64,000 nucleotides of DNA from an uncultured Chloroflexia bacterium (GCA_963846805.1 CAWJXH010000003.1:671832-735831), one strand, 5' to 3'. Positions 10,314-19,618 are shown, numbered from the stretch's first letter. Notes: generated from the sequence alone by a model not told the origin. A program made the numbers and translations.

Positions 10314-12627
10314 ATGGAAGCGTATTGCATGAAATGCAAGACCAAACGGGAGATCAAGGATCCGGTCGCAAGTTTCAATGCCAAGGGATCCCCGGTCACG
10401 GTTGGCGTATGTCCTGTGTGTGGCACGAAACTTTATCGCATGGGAAGAACGGCAGCGCATGAGGGGCTGATTGCTCCTCCGAAGCCGGAAAAGGTTGAGA
10501 AGCGCGACGGCAAGCTCGTGATCGTTGAATCTCCCGCAAAGGCAAAGACCGTCGGTCGCTTCCTCGGACGGGGCTACACGGTCAAGGCCTCGGTGGGGCA
10601 TGTGCGCGACCTGCTGCGCTCGCAGCTCTCGGTGGACGTGGACAATAATTTCGAGCCGAAATATCGTGTGCCGAATGAGAAAAAAGAGGTCGTCAGGGAG
10701 CTGAAACAGCTCGCAAAAAAGGCGCAGGAGGTCTATCTCGCGACCGATCCTGACCGGGAGGGCGAGTCCATCTCCTGGCATTTGTTGGAGGCCTCCGAAA
10801 TTGACCCCGCCGTGGCGCGCCGCGTGACCTTTCACGAAATCACCGAGCCTGCCATCCGTGAGGCCTTTGCGCATCCGCGTTCGATCAACATGGATTTGGT
10901 GAATGCCCAGCAGGCACGGCGGGTCCTCGACCGGCTCGTGGGCTATAGCATCAGCCCCATCCTGTGGGAAAAGGTGCGCAGTCGTCTCTCGGCTGGACGC
11001 GTGCAGTCGGTTGCTCTTCGCCTTGTCGTCGAAAGGGAGAGGGAGATCGAGGCCTTCAATCCGGTCGAGTACTGGACAATACATGCCGAATTCAGGCCGC
11101 AAGGGCTGAAATCCACCTTCCTGGCAAAGCTTTTCAAGATAGATGAGAAGGACTTTGAACTTCCGAATGAGGCGGCGTCAAAACCGATTTTGGTTGACAT
11201 GCAGGCCGCCGCTTACGCAATATCGAAAGTCCGGCGCGGCGAACGTCGGCGCAAGCCGGCAGCGCCCTTTACCACCTCTACGCTTCAGCAGGAGGCTTCG
11301 CGCAAGCTGGGATTTCACAGCCAAGCGCACCATGGCCCTGGCGCAGGCCCTGTATGAAGGGCAGGATGTCGGAAATGGCGGCGCCACCGGCCTGATTACC
11401 TATATGCGTACGGATTCGACGAATGTTTCCGCGACCGCCCAGCAGGAGGCGCGCGATTTTGTGGTCGAAAAGTACGGCGCAGACTTTGTGCCGTCGGAGC
11501 CTCCGCAATATAAGACGAAGACAATCGGCGCGCAGGAAGCCCATGAGGCCATCAGGCCGACCTCGGTGATGCGCGTTCCCGATCAGGTCAAATCATATCT
11601 CGAACCGCCGATGTTCAAGCTGTATAACCTGGTCTGGCAGCGGTTCGTCGCCTCGCAAATGGAGGCCGCAGTTTATGACACGCTGCAGGTGGAGGTGTCG
11701 GGCCGGACGAATGAGCACGAATATCTCCTGCGCGCCTCCGGTTCTGCCATCAAGTTCCAGGGGTACCTGGCCGTCTACGAAGAAGCGCGCAATGAGGACG
11801 TTAAGCCGGACGAGGATGAGGAGAATGTCAAGATTCCGGCGGGGGTCGCGGACGGACAGAGACAGGACCTGGTCCGGTTGATCCCTGAGCAGCATTACAC
11901 GCAGCCGCCGCCTCGTTTTTCCGAGGCCTCACTTGTGCAGATCCTCGAGGAAAACGGAATAGGGCGGCCCTCGACCTATGCCCCGATTCTCTCGACCATC
12001 CAACAGCGTGGATACGTAGAACGCCTTGAAAAGCGCCTCGTGCCGACCGAAACCGGCATTCACGTCAACGACCTGATGGTTCAGTATTTTCCCGAAATCG
12101 TGGATATCGGCTTCACGGCCCACATGGAGGACGACCTCGACCGGGTAGCCTCTGGTGAGATGCAATGGACCGAGGCCATGCGGGAATTCTATGTGCCATT
12201 CAAAGAGCTGGTTTTGAAGGCGCAGGCCGAGATGCCGGTTACCAAGTCTGGACCCGAACCGATTGGGCGCAAATGCCCGGACGACGGCGGCGAGCTTGTG
12301 ATTAGATACGGCCGGTATGGCAAGTTCATTTCCTGTTCGAACTTCCCGAAATGCCGCTATACGGAACCGTGGCTCGAGAAGATCGGCGTCAAGTGCCCCA
12401 AGGACGGGGGAGAGCTTGTCGAGCGGAAGACGCGCAAAGGCCGCACTTTCTACGGTTGCGCCAACTATCCGACCTGCGACTTCACCTCTTGGAAAAAGCC
12501 GCTTGCGACCCCATGTCCGAAATGCGGCGGCCTTCTGGTCATCGCCAACAAACGCGAAGCTCAATGCACCAATTGCCAGGAGACATTCCTGCTCGAAGAA
12601 ATCCTCCCGGAGGCTGCGCCCGAATGA
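10314..12627 (+). CDS. topA: DNA topoisomerase I with N-terminal Zn-ribbon extension (frame broken near 11316)
   Basis: Toprim KLVIVESPAKAKT, active-site region ITYMRTDS, and C-terminal CxxC zinc ribbons. ORFs 10314-11357 and 11143-12627 join as RKLGF/TAKRTMALAQALYEG. Confidence 0.95.
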
Positions 12628-12694
12628 TTACAGATTGAGCAAGAACCTGTATAATAGGGAGGATTATGGGAACGGACAGAAATAAGGAGCCTCC

Positions 12695-13705
12695 ATGACT
12701 TCTTCACTTGACATTTTGAAAAAGCCGCTCGTTATTGCTCTCTTGGCGGCGATAGTTGGGCTTCTGGTGGGCGTCCCATTAGGGTGGGCAACGGTCAAAG
12801 TCGTAAATACAACCCCGGCAGTCATGCGTCCCGATCTACAGGAAGATTATTTGCGCATGGCCATCGATTCCTTCCGCGTCAATCGCGATCCAAATCTGGC
12901 GGTTCAGCGTTGGGATAATCTGGGCCCCGCCGCGGCGCCATTGTTCGTGCAAATCCAGCAGGATCCGCAGGGCATAGATCCGGCGGTCATCACAGCTTAT
13001 GGGCAGGTTGTTCAGACCGTGAAAGGTTCCGGTGCCACGGGCACGAACCAGCCGGGCACGACATCCGGCGGTATCTCTGGTACGGCGGTTTTGGTGGGGG
13101 CGGTCCTGGTGTTGTTTCTGGTGGTCGCAGCCGTCGTCGTCCTTTTCCTGCGGCGTCTGCTGACCAATCGTACCAGCGGCGAGGTGACTCCGGGAATGCA
13201 GGCCACCGAGCTCAATCGGGAAGCCTCAAAAAATAAGACCAATTTCGAGTCGCTGGGCGTTGCGCCGCCTATTACTCAGAATATGACCACCTATGTTCTG
13301 GGCGACGATCTCTACGACGAATCCTTCAGCATCGATACCCAGAGCGGTGATTTTCTGGGCGAATACGGCGTGGGCGTCTCGGAGACGATCGGGGTGGGCG
13401 ATCCAAAGAAGGTCACTGCCTTGGAGATCTGGCTCTTCGACAAAAACGATATCAAGACCGCCACCAAGGTGTTGATGAGCGGGCACGCATTCGCGGACGG
13501 AGGTATTCGGGGTCGCCTCGAGGCCAAGGGAGAGTTGATCCAGGTGGAGCAGCAGAAGCAGATCATGCTTGAGACGGAAACCCTCCAGCTCCTCGCTACG
13601 GTCGTAGACTTGCAGTACGGGGACGGCGCAATGCCGGAAAAGAGCTATTTTGATCGGGTGACTCTGGAGCTTGCCATCTGGCGGAAGTCTGACCAGCCGC
13701 ATTAA
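12695..13705 (+). CDS. Hypothetical two-TM membrane protein
   Basis: 336-aa ORF with RBS AAGGAG, an N-terminal TM helix, a Gly/Thr-rich linker and a second TM helix. No recognisable domain. Confidence 0.6.
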   Translation: MTSSLDILKKPLVIALLAAIVGLLVGVPLGWATVKVVNTTPAVMRPDLQEDYLRMAIDSFRVNRDPNLAVQRWDNLGPAAAPLFVQIQQDPQGIDPAVITAYGQVVQTVKGSGATGTNQPGTTSGGISGTAVLVGAVLVLFLVVAAVVVLFLRRLLTNRTSGEVTPGMQATELNREASKNKTNFESLGVAPPITQNMTTYVLGDDLYDESFSIDTQSGDFLGEYGVGVSETIGVGDPKKVTALEIWLFDKNDIKTATKVLMSGHAFADGGIRGRLEAKGELIQVEQQKQIMLETETLQLLATVVDLQYGDGAMPEKSYFDRVTLELAIWRKSDQPH

Positions 13706-13819
13706 ACAAACCCAAACTGCCTCGAACTCATAGTTATCCCATCCCGCCAGGGGGCAGGAGTTGCGGCTGGAGGTTTTTCCGTTTCACACTGCTCATGATC
13801 GTGATACCGGGCTTGCGTC

Positions 13820-14653
13820 CTAATACCGGTAGACTATAGTACGTTCCATCCTGCGCAGCGTGGGGATCACTTCTTGGGCGCGGTAAAGGGCCCGCCACCA
13901 TAACGGGAATCGGGAAAACGCGACCAGTTCGCTTGGTCTGAATTCCTTGATCAGTTCAAGCTTCGGCTCAAGCTGCTTGATGTCCTGGGGATCATCAAGC
14001 CCCCATTTGTAGGTTGCACCCGTGCCCCCGACGTTCGAGCCCGCCCTCTTTACAATCCACGGATTGCAGATATCGAAGATCATCTGACCGCCGGGAAAGT
14101 GAGCGACCACCGCATTGAGGAGCGCTTTCACCTCCTTTTCGCTCAGGTAGTGCAGCACCCCCTCGGCGATAAACAGCCCGGGTCGATCCCTTGGAATCTC
14201 GTCCAACCAGCGCAAATCATCCAGCGGTGCACCGATCAAATGGTAAGCGCCCCGTTTTGGAAACAGTTGGCGGCGCAGGTCGATCACATCCGGATAATCC
14301 ACGTCGAACCACTGGACATTGGCAGGCGGATCGACTCGGAAAACACGGCTGTCCATACCGCAGCCCACGTGGAGCACCGTCGCATCCGGGTGATCGGCCA
14401 GATAACGCTTCGTAAGCATATCAAAGGTCGCGGCCCGCGTGGCGATGATGGTACATCCGATCTGGCTCCACATGCTCCACGATCCCACTCCCTTGTAGTG
14501 CTTGCTGATGTCGTAATCGATATGCCGCATCGCTTCCTCAGCCCAGGGATCATGCAAGATGGGATTCTTCCACTGGCTCTGAAGCGCTCGACCGCTTAAG
14601 GTCATGAGCATCGTTTCTTTTTCTTTTGTGAACTGGATTTTATCGGTTGTCAT
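13820..14653 (-). CDS. Class I SAM-dependent O-methyltransferase (LCM/TcmP-like family)
   Basis: VLHVGCGMDSR SAM motif and F.VDYP.VI..R...., typical of the leucine carboxyl / polyketide O-methyltransferase family. Confidence 0.75.
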   Translation of the reverse strand: MTTDKIQFTKEKETMLMTLSGRALQSQWKNPILHDPWAEEAMRHIDYDISKHYKGVGSWSMWSQIGCTIIATRAATFDMLTKRYLADHPDATVLHVGCGMDSRVFRVDPPANVQWFDVDYPDVIDLRRQLFPKRGAYHLIGAPLDDLRWLDEIPRDRPGLFIAEGVLHYLSEKEVKALLNAVVAHFPGGQMIFDICNPWIVKRAGSNVGGTGATYKWGLDDPQDIKQLEPKLELIKEFRPSELVAFSRFPLWWRALYRAQEVIPTLRRMERTIVYRY

Positions 14654-14986
14654 GGGTCGCTCCTTGCTGTGTCGTCTGTTTCCTGTCCCTTGCCGTCTTG
14701 ATCTGCTCCAACTGTGCTCGTGCCGCGGCGGTAGCCTGCCGGAAGATGGCTTTACCTGCCTCGCTGTTTCCGCCTTCTTTCGGCATCAGCGCGCGGTTCA
14801 TCATGTAGGCTTATGTCAAGGCTGGAACAAGAGGCACACCCATACGAATGAGTCATCCCGCACGATTCGGGATGACGCATGCTATATCGGTCCTGCCCTC
14901 CGGATGTGTGGGATCATCTCGCCGCACGGCCGGTTTCCTTGCCATCCCTTAAAGCGAAAATCGGCGTTGGCTGGTTTCCGAACTCT

Positions 14987-15452
14987 CTAATCGATCTTCA
15001 GGATCTTTACTTTGATCTTGCCCCCTGGCGTTTCCGTTTCTACGATGTCGCCCACCTTATGATCCATTAATGCCGCGGCCGATGGGAGATTCATTGGAGA
15101 TCCTTCCGTTGCGCGGGTCAGCCTCCTTCGCGCCGACCACGTGATATGTCTCAGGCGGGGAGCCCGCTTCCTGGATTGTCACGTGATTGCCGATGCTTAC
15201 GACGTCTTTGCCCGCGTTCTTTTCGATGATGACCGCGTTTCGCAGAAGGTACTCGATTTCCTGAATGCGGCCCTCCAGGAAGCCCTGGTCTTCCTTGGCT
15301 TTGTGATAGTCCGCATTCTCCGAAAGGTCGCCCATCTGAATCGCCGAGCGCAGGCGTTTCGATAGTTCCAGCCGCCTCGGTCCTTTGAGTTGCTCGAGTT
15401 CAACCTGCAGCTTGGCCGCGCCTTCCTCGGTTAGATAGGTTGGTTCAGGCAT
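14987..15452 (-). CDS. greA: Transcription elongation factor GreA (frame broken near 15071-15080)
   Basis: N-terminal coiled coil (GDLSENADYHKAKEDQ). After ISNESPIGR the C-terminus LMDHKVGDIVETETPGGKIKVKILKID continues in another frame down to the stop at 14987. Confidence 0.9.
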
Positions 15453-15485
15453 TTGACATCCCTGTTCGAGATTTCTTGGGCGGCC

Positions 15486-16637
15486 TCATGGCTTTTCAAG
15501 AGGATCGAACAACTTCTCATGTTCTTCGATGGCAAAACGATCCGTCATCCCGGCAATATAGTCGCATATTGTACGCTGCAGACCGCGTTTGTCAATAAGC
15601 CTTTGCATCGTGTCCGGCAGGATCGTCGGTTCTGCCTCATAGGCATTGAATAGCTCGGTGATCACACGTTCGGCCTTCACGGCCATCCGCACCACCCGAT
15701 AATGGCTGTACATGTTCTTATACAGGAAATCTTTGAGCTCCCGGTTCCGGCGCTGCATATCCTCGCTGTAGCCGATGACATTGGTCTTGAGCTTCTGAAT
15801 ATCCAGCGGTGATTTTACGGCCGTGTCTTTGAGCCGGCGGTCGGTGGCCTCCACCATGTCTGTCACCATCAAACCGACGAGTTGGCGGATCATGCGGTGG
15901 CGTTCCAGGTCTTCCAGTTGCGGACCCCGCCAGCTGAAGGTTTCTGTCAGTATTTCCCACAGGGCCACGCCGTCCAGCGCTTGGGGCTGGATCATCCCGG
16001 AGCGCAGGCCGTCATCCAGGTCGTGCGTCGTGTAGGCCATCTCATCTGCCACGTTTGCGATTTGCGTTTCAAGATTGCCGCGCAGCGCGGGGTCGTAGTC
16101 GCGCGCATCCGCAATATCATATTCGGATTCGTGCTTTACCATGCCCTCCCGCACCTCCCAGGTGAGGTTCAGGCCTGGGAATTCCGGGTAGCGTTGCTCC
16201 AGCTCGGTCACAATGCGCAGGGATTGTTTGTTGTGGTCAAATCCGCCGTGTTCCTTCATCAGGCGCGCCAGCGAGACTTCGCCGGAATGCCCAAATGGTG
16301 AATGACCCAGGTCGTGCGCCAGGCAGATCGCTTCAACCAGGTCTTCGTTGGCTCCCAGGGCGCGGGCGATCGTGCGCCCGATCTGCGCCACCTCCAGCGT
16401 GTGCGTCAGCCGGGTGCGGAAGTAGTCGCCCTCATAGGTGATGAAGACCTGTGTCTTGTATTCCAGTCGGCGAAAGGCCGTGGTATGGATGATGCGGTCG
16501 CGGTCGCGTTGAAAAGACGTGCGATAGTCCGGCTCGCCATCCAGATAGGCGCGGCCCTTGGTGTCCTTGCTGCGCACGCCGTACGGGGCCAGGGCCTTGT
16601 CTTCCAGTTCCTCGAGTTTCTGACGGTCGAAAAACAT
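15486..16637 (-). CDS. dgt: dGTP triphosphohydrolase-like HD-domain protein
   Basis: FQRDRDRIIHT.AFRRL..KTQV and the HD motif AHDLGHSPFGH. Start moved to ATG 16637 because the longer ORF reads through tRNA-Leu. Confidence 0.9.
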   Translation of the reverse strand: MFFDRQKLEELEDKALAPYGVRSKDTKGRAYLDGEPDYRTSFQRDRDRIIHTTAFRRLEYKTQVFITYEGDYFRTRLTHTLEVAQIGRTIARALGANEDLVEAICLAHDLGHSPFGHSGEVSLARLMKEHGGFDHNKQSLRIVTELEQRYPEFPGLNLTWEVREGMVKHESEYDIADARDYDPALRGNLETQIANVADEMAYTTHDLDDGLRSGMIQPQALDGVALWEILTETFSWRGPQLEDLERHRMIRQLVGLMVTDMVEATDRRLKDTAVKSPLDIQKLKTNVIGYSEDMQRRNRELKDFLYKNMYSHYRVVRMAVKAERVITELFNAYEAEPTILPDTMQRLIDKRGLQRTICDYIAGMTDRFAIEEHEKLFDPLEKP

Positions 16638-16656
16638 GGCAACCTTTCTAACGATT

Positions 16657-16682
16657 ACGTCATTGCGCAGCCGCAATGACGT
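16657..16682. repeat. Perfect 11-bp inverted repeat (hairpin) between tRNA-Leu and dgt
   Basis: acgtcattgcg-cagc-cgcaatgacgt. No U-tract follows on either strand. Confidence 0.7.
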
Positions 16683-16706
16683 CATGGGCGTCGACGCAGG
16701 AGCCAG

Positions 16707-16790
16707 TGGGGCGAGTGGGGGTCGAACCCACAAGGTGTTTCCACCGGAGGATTTTAAGTCCTCTGCGTCTGCCAATTCCGCCATCGCCCC
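16707..16790 (-). tRNA. tRNA-Leu (TAA), long variable arm
   Basis: Acceptor GGGGCGA/TCGCCCC, anticodon loop CTTAAAA, variable arm CGGTGGAAACACCTTG, T-arm GTGGGTTCGACCCCCAC. No encoded CCA. Confidence 0.9.
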
Positions 16791-16800
16791 AGGCCAGACA

Positions 16801-16829
16801 ATTGTACAGGGCTTGAATTTGTGTGTAAA
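16801..16829 (-). promoter_or_regulatory. Sigma70-type promoter of tRNA-Leu
   Basis: Minus strand reads TTTACA-N17-TACAAT, ending 10 nt upstream of the mature tRNA 5-prime end. Confidence 0.6.
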
Positions 16830-16893
16830 CCCCGCGACAACTTTTGCAAAATCGCCTCTTGACAAGTATCTACTCACAATTTTCCTGGTTTTG

Positions 16894-16983
16894 CCGAATT
16901 TTTAGATGGGGCGGGTGTTTTTCCCGCCCCATCTAAAAATTCGGATTGCTCCCCTCCCCGTTGGGGAGGGGCCGGGGGTGGGG
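16894..16983. repeat. Composite palindromic repeat, copy A (22-bp perfect hairpin + CCCCTCCCC/GGGGAGGGG hairpin + G-runs)
   Basis: ccgaatttttagatggggcggg-tgttttt-cccgccccatctaaaaattcgg, then cccctcccc-gtt-ggggagggg-cc-gggggtgggg. Same architecture as 19488-19573. Confidence 0.85.
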
Positions 16984-17006
16984 TACTGTTAGTAGATACC
17001 GATACC

Positions 17007-17035
17007 TTGACAAACTAGAACATCCGTTCTATAAT
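17007..17035 (+). promoter_or_regulatory. Perfect consensus sigma70 promoter
   Basis: TTGACA-N17-TATAAT, with an ATG 6 nt after the -10 box. Confidence 0.7.
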
Positions 17036-17041
17036 AAAATC

Positions 17042-17440
17042 ATGGCTTATCATGGTAGGCGCTGGTTTTATCTTATCTTCAATCTTCCCGTAGGGCATTC
17101 TCGCTCATCCCTCGATCACTCTGAAGGCCGCGGGCCAGGATCTGAAATCGGCGTAGTCGTTCCTCGTCGCCGTTTCGCCCCGGCGCACCTACGGGGAATT
17201 AACTCGCACAACGACTCATTTCTTGCCGATCAACGGGACCGCCTCACCAAAAAACTTTTATTGAACGCGGCACGTGGACGAGTAGAAGTTCGCATAGCTT
17301 CCTGGTTTTCAATCCAAAATTGCGCCTCTCTGGTCGCTATGACCGTACTCGCTAATTACCAATCTACCAACCGCCAACTGCCAACTGTCAACCGTACCTT
17401 AACATCTGAATACTTGTCCCTTCTCGCTCCCATTTCGTAA
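17042..17440 (+). other. Orphan leaderless ORF (132 aa, Arg-rich) or non-coding RNA
   Basis: Open frame from ATG 17042 to TAA 17440 with no recognisable domain. Third codon positions look clearly less GC-rich than neighbouring genes by eye. Contains heptad repeats and long-range complementary 8-mers. Confidence 0.3.
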
Positions 17441-17524
17441 CCGGGAGGAGAATTGTTCCCCTTTGTTTTTCTTTTGCACCCGGACGGTAATCATGCCCTC
17501 CGTCTAAGGATCTTTCCGGCAAAT

Positions 17525-18253
17525 TCAAGGCGAGGCGGGCCTTGCCCGGCGGTCCTTAATGGCAAAAGGCAGGTAGAGCAGGAGAAATGTAATGATCCCG
17601 ATCAATTCCATGTAGGCCACGTAGTAGGGCCAGGGGGGCAGGAGATCGAGAATGCTCGGTGTACCTGGCTTTGCATTGATATCGAGGTAGTCGCTGCCCA
17701 GGCCCTTGTTGACGAAGAAGATCGCAACAAGATACAGATTTGTCCAAAGTACGGCTCGCCACAGCGACTTCCAGGTAGGCCGAAAGCCTTCCACCACTGT
17801 CATGTAGATCGCGGCCGTAAGCAGCAGGCCGTGCGAAATAAAGGTCTGAAAAAAGCGGAAATGTGGGAAGCCGTAGATCCCTAGGTCGGGCGTCATCAAA
17901 TATTGGAAGGCGGCGCCGATTCCGAGGAAATAGGCAAATTCGTAAATCCGGCGGCTCCTGAAGATCAGCATGAACCCAGACAGCCAAATGAATATGCTGC
18001 ACAGATTAAGCGGCAGCATGAATTGGACCGTCCACGTTCCGGCCGCGAGATTCCAGATGTGCCAGGCGGCCTCGTCAAGCCAAAGGATGATAGCCAGAGT
18101 CCAGCGGAGCGATCTCTTTGTTTGTTCGCCGGAATGCCTGAATCGAATGAGATAAAGGTTTAGCAGCGCAATCGCAGCCAGCGCGGCAATATGGCTGGGG
18201 CCGAATAACACAAATGCAGGGCCGGGATAATTGGCTAGAAAGTATTTTGCCAT
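17525..18253 (-). CDS. YwaF/TIGR02206-family integral membrane protein
   Basis: 242 aa, about 7 TM helices. The pattern FGP.H...L............ ...W....LPL.LC is typical of this family. Confidence 0.65.
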   Translation of the reverse strand: MAKYFLANYPGPAFVLFGPSHIAALAAIALLNLYLIRFRHSGEQTKRSLRWTLAIILWLDEAAWHIWNLAAGTWTVQFMLPLNLCSIFIWLSGFMLIFRSRRIYEFAYFLGIGAAFQYLMTPDLGIYGFPHFRFFQTFISHGLLLTAAIYMTVVEGFRPTWKSLWRAVLWTNLYLVAIFFVNKGLGSDYLDINAKPGTPSILDLLPPWPYYVAYMELIGIITFLLLYLPFAIKDRRARPASP

Positions 18254-18309
18254 GCTGCTCTCGCCCTTGCAGATGCACGGCGAAGATCATCGCAACCTTT
18301 TAGTGCTGA

Positions 18310-19359
18310 TTAAGCGCCGGCCCGCCGGTCCGCGGCGCGAAGACGGTGAAGCAGATAAATGGTGCCGGTAAACAGTGCAAGCGCATTGGCCTGGTGTAGC
18401 AGGGCCACCGCGATCTGCACGTCGGAGAGGAGAACCGTTATTCCCAGCGCGATTTGCACGACTACCAGCACGATCACAACGGTGAGTGCGGTCATCACGT
18501 CATCTGTGAGTTTTCGGCTGCTGATCAGCCAATAGATCAGGATGGCGGCAAGCAGCCCTATGAATGCGAACCAGCGGTGAATGAATACGACCGTCAACGG
18601 GGCCGCGACCAGGTTAAGTGCGGCCGGTTGAACCTGGCTGAGTAATCCCGGTGGAATGAGCCGACCGAAGATCAATGGCCAGGTATTCGACACATGGCCT
18701 GCCTTGAGGCCGGCCGTAAATCCACCATACGCCATCTGGATCAGGAGCAGCACGAGTCCTGCCACCGTGACCTTGCTGGGCAGTGACCATTCCCGTTTCT
18801 TGTCATTGTCGGGGAAGCCGTATAAGTGACCGAGAGCTGTCCAGAGTGAGATGGCAATCAACGTGAGCGCCATGAATAGATGTGCGGTCAACAAATACGG
18901 ACTTACGGACGGCTGGTCTACCAGGCCCGAGGACACCATGAGCCAACCCAATACCGCCTGCGCCAGGAACAGAATGCCCATCACCACGTATAGTCCCACT
19001 TCCTTCCACGGGATGCTCTTGTTGAAGACAAAGACAAAGAAGGGAATGGCAAAGACGAAGCCGGCGATGCGCGCCAGGATCCGATGGAACCACTCGACCA
19101 TGAAGATCTCCTGGTATTGGTCCAGTGTCATGTTGTAGTTGATCTTTTGGAACTCCGGCGTAAGCTGATACTTTGCGAATTCGGCCTGCCACGCTTGTTG
19201 ACTCAACGGCGGGATTGCACCGCCGACAGGATTCCATTCCACGATGGACAGGCCGGAACGCGTTAGGCGAACAAAGCCGCCGAATATGACCAGGAAAACG
19301 GCGAACGACCCAAATGCGAAGATCCAGGTCATCACGGCGCGGTTTTGAGTATGGGGCAT
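18310..19359 (-). CDS. ctaA: Heme A synthase (COX15/CtaA family)
   Basis: FGGFVRLT.SGLSI..W and paired His-containing helices (EW.HR, H). About 8 TM helices. Confidence 0.85.
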   Translation of the reverse strand: MPHTQNRAVMTWIFAFGSFAVFLVIFGGFVRLTRSGLSIVEWNPVGGAIPPLSQQAWQAEFAKYQLTPEFQKINYNMTLDQYQEIFMVEWFHRILARIAGFVFAIPFFVFVFNKSIPWKEVGLYVVMGILFLAQAVLGWLMVSSGLVDQPSVSPYLLTAHLFMALTLIAISLWTALGHLYGFPDNDKKREWSLPSKVTVAGLVLLLIQMAYGGFTAGLKAGHVSNTWPLIFGRLIPPGLLSQVQPAALNLVAAPLTVVFIHRWFAFIGLLAAILIYWLISSRKLTDDVMTALTVVIVLVVVQIALGITVLLSDVQIAVALLHQANALALFTGTIYLLHRLRAADRRAGA

Positions 19360-19487
19360 GTTTCCTCCGGGCAGCGTTGAGCGACCGCATTATAGCACTG
19401 GCGGTCGCGAACAAATTGGAATCAAATCTTGCGCTAAGAGTTTGTTTCCAAGTCCATTTCTTCATGCTTGCACGTTGGGCAACGCCA

Positions 19488-19573
19488 CCGAAATTCGAGA
19501 TATGAGTGGTGTTCTCCCACCCATATCTCGAATTTCGGTACACCCTCCCCTTCAGGGGAGGGTCGGGGTGGGG
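19488..19573. repeat. Composite palindromic repeat, copy B
   Basis: ccgaaattcgagatatgagtgg-tgttctc-ccacccatatctcgaatttcgg (21/22 paired), then ccctcccc-ttca-ggggaggg-tc-ggggtgggg. Confidence 0.85.
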
Positions 19574-19618
19574 TCGTTGCGGGCAAAAGCCATTCAAGAA
19601 ACACTCTCTAAGGGAATC

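Noticed and set aside
16638-16877. N-terminal 80 codons of the 463-aa dgt ORF
   Set aside because: This part reads straight through tRNA-Leu (16707-16790) and its promoter. Homology to dGTPases starts at MFFDRQKLEELE (ATG 16637).
16946-17041. Upstream extension of the orphan ORF (MLPSPLGRGRGWG...)
   Set aside because: It is a translation of the CCCCTCCCC/GGGGAGGGG repeat and of the promoter itself. If anything is coding, it starts at ATG 17042.
17453-17884. 143-aa plus-strand ORF
   Set aside because: It is antisense to the well-supported YwaF-family membrane gene (17525-18253) and has no homology signal. It is a typical shadow ORF.
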